Shown here: positions 63,331-64,000 of the stretch, one piece after another
Position numbering within the stretch: the stretch's first letter is position 1
How the letters are laid out: every line of letters begins with the position of its first letter
The notes under the pieces: model-generated
The model's input: the letters and a program-made list of their open reading frames with translations, nothing else
What the model was told of the DNA's origin: nothing
Database searches by the model: none
NCBI GenBank assembly: GCA_003427395.1
Contig: BFEA01000023.1
Coordinates: 1,135,922-1,199,921 of the forward strand
Length of the DNA stretch: 64,000 nt
Source: Chara braunii
Taxonomy: Eukaryota; Plantae; Charophyceae
Direction of reading: 5' to 3'
Translations under genes and position numbers: made by a program

Positions 63331-64000
63331 GTCATTCATATCATAAGGTAGGTGGGGAAAAGAAGTGCGAAATGGATACAATATATGACAATCACACAGA
63401 AATCCGGAGATGAAAAAAATTTCCGGCTTAACTGCCGTAAAGCTACACTCACACCAAAGAACAGATTCGAGACAAGGAGGCGCATCCGCCGTAAAGTTCT
63501 ATCATGACCCCGGGCCATTCATCCATCCAACTCTGGTCACTATCCTCATACATGCACTGACGATCCCAGCCGTCGCGTGCCACCTTCCTCCACTGCGATC
63601 GTCACCCCGTCGACTCAGGTTCTGCACGGGCTTGCGCCGATCCCACAGTCTGTCGTGGCGATTAGTCGCACAGCCAGCCAGTCTACTGTAAGCCCGTCGG
63701 GACTTTCCGATTCGCGCTGTACACACCCCATCTAGCCACTGCTTCCCGGAAGCTGGCTGACGAGTTGAGAGAGAGCTTTGCGGATTGCGCTTACGGAATC
63801 TATAGTTGCGAGAAGGGAGATAGATGCGGAGAAAGATGAAGAATGGGGCAGAGGAGGGCGAGGGAGGGCATGAGGGTAATCGCCCGTCGAAAGTCATGTT
63901 AATCTCTCGAGGTTTGACCTCAGCCAATCAGAATCGTCGCGTAGTAGGGATTACTTCCTACATGGCGCTTCTCCTTGGCTAGATGGGGTAAAGAGAGGAT

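Overview
Eukaryotic, repeat-rich genomic DNA from a gapped short-read assembly. It is probably a streptophyte, possibly charophyte-like; this is inferred from the plant-type U6 and GH9 sequences and is not proven. Only one intact protein-coding gene is supported: a 4-exon minus-strand glycoside hydrolase family 9 endo-1,4-beta-glucanase (join 13526-12045, 10549-10322, 6995-6809, 4579-3903; 857 aa). It is a type II membrane, KORRIGAN/GH9A-like protein with an unusually long (~340 aa) cytosolic N-terminus. The rest is mostly decayed transposable elements: L1-clade LINE remnants, a probable Gypsy gag fragment, degenerate Helitron RepHel and hAT transposase remnants, many MITE families with identifiable TIRs/TSDs, microsatellites and minisatellites. 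The most distinctive signal is retroposition of small RNAs. There are four same-strand U6 snRNA retrocopies within 14 kb; three share a 3' truncation, one appears chimeric, and one is split by a tRNA-headed, L1-tailed insertion. Other signals are a retroposed structured RNA with an Sm-like site, degenerate hammerhead-like motifs, and a foldback MITE with 4-bp TSDs. A Nextera mate-pair junction adapter at 29844-29881 marks an assembly artefact.
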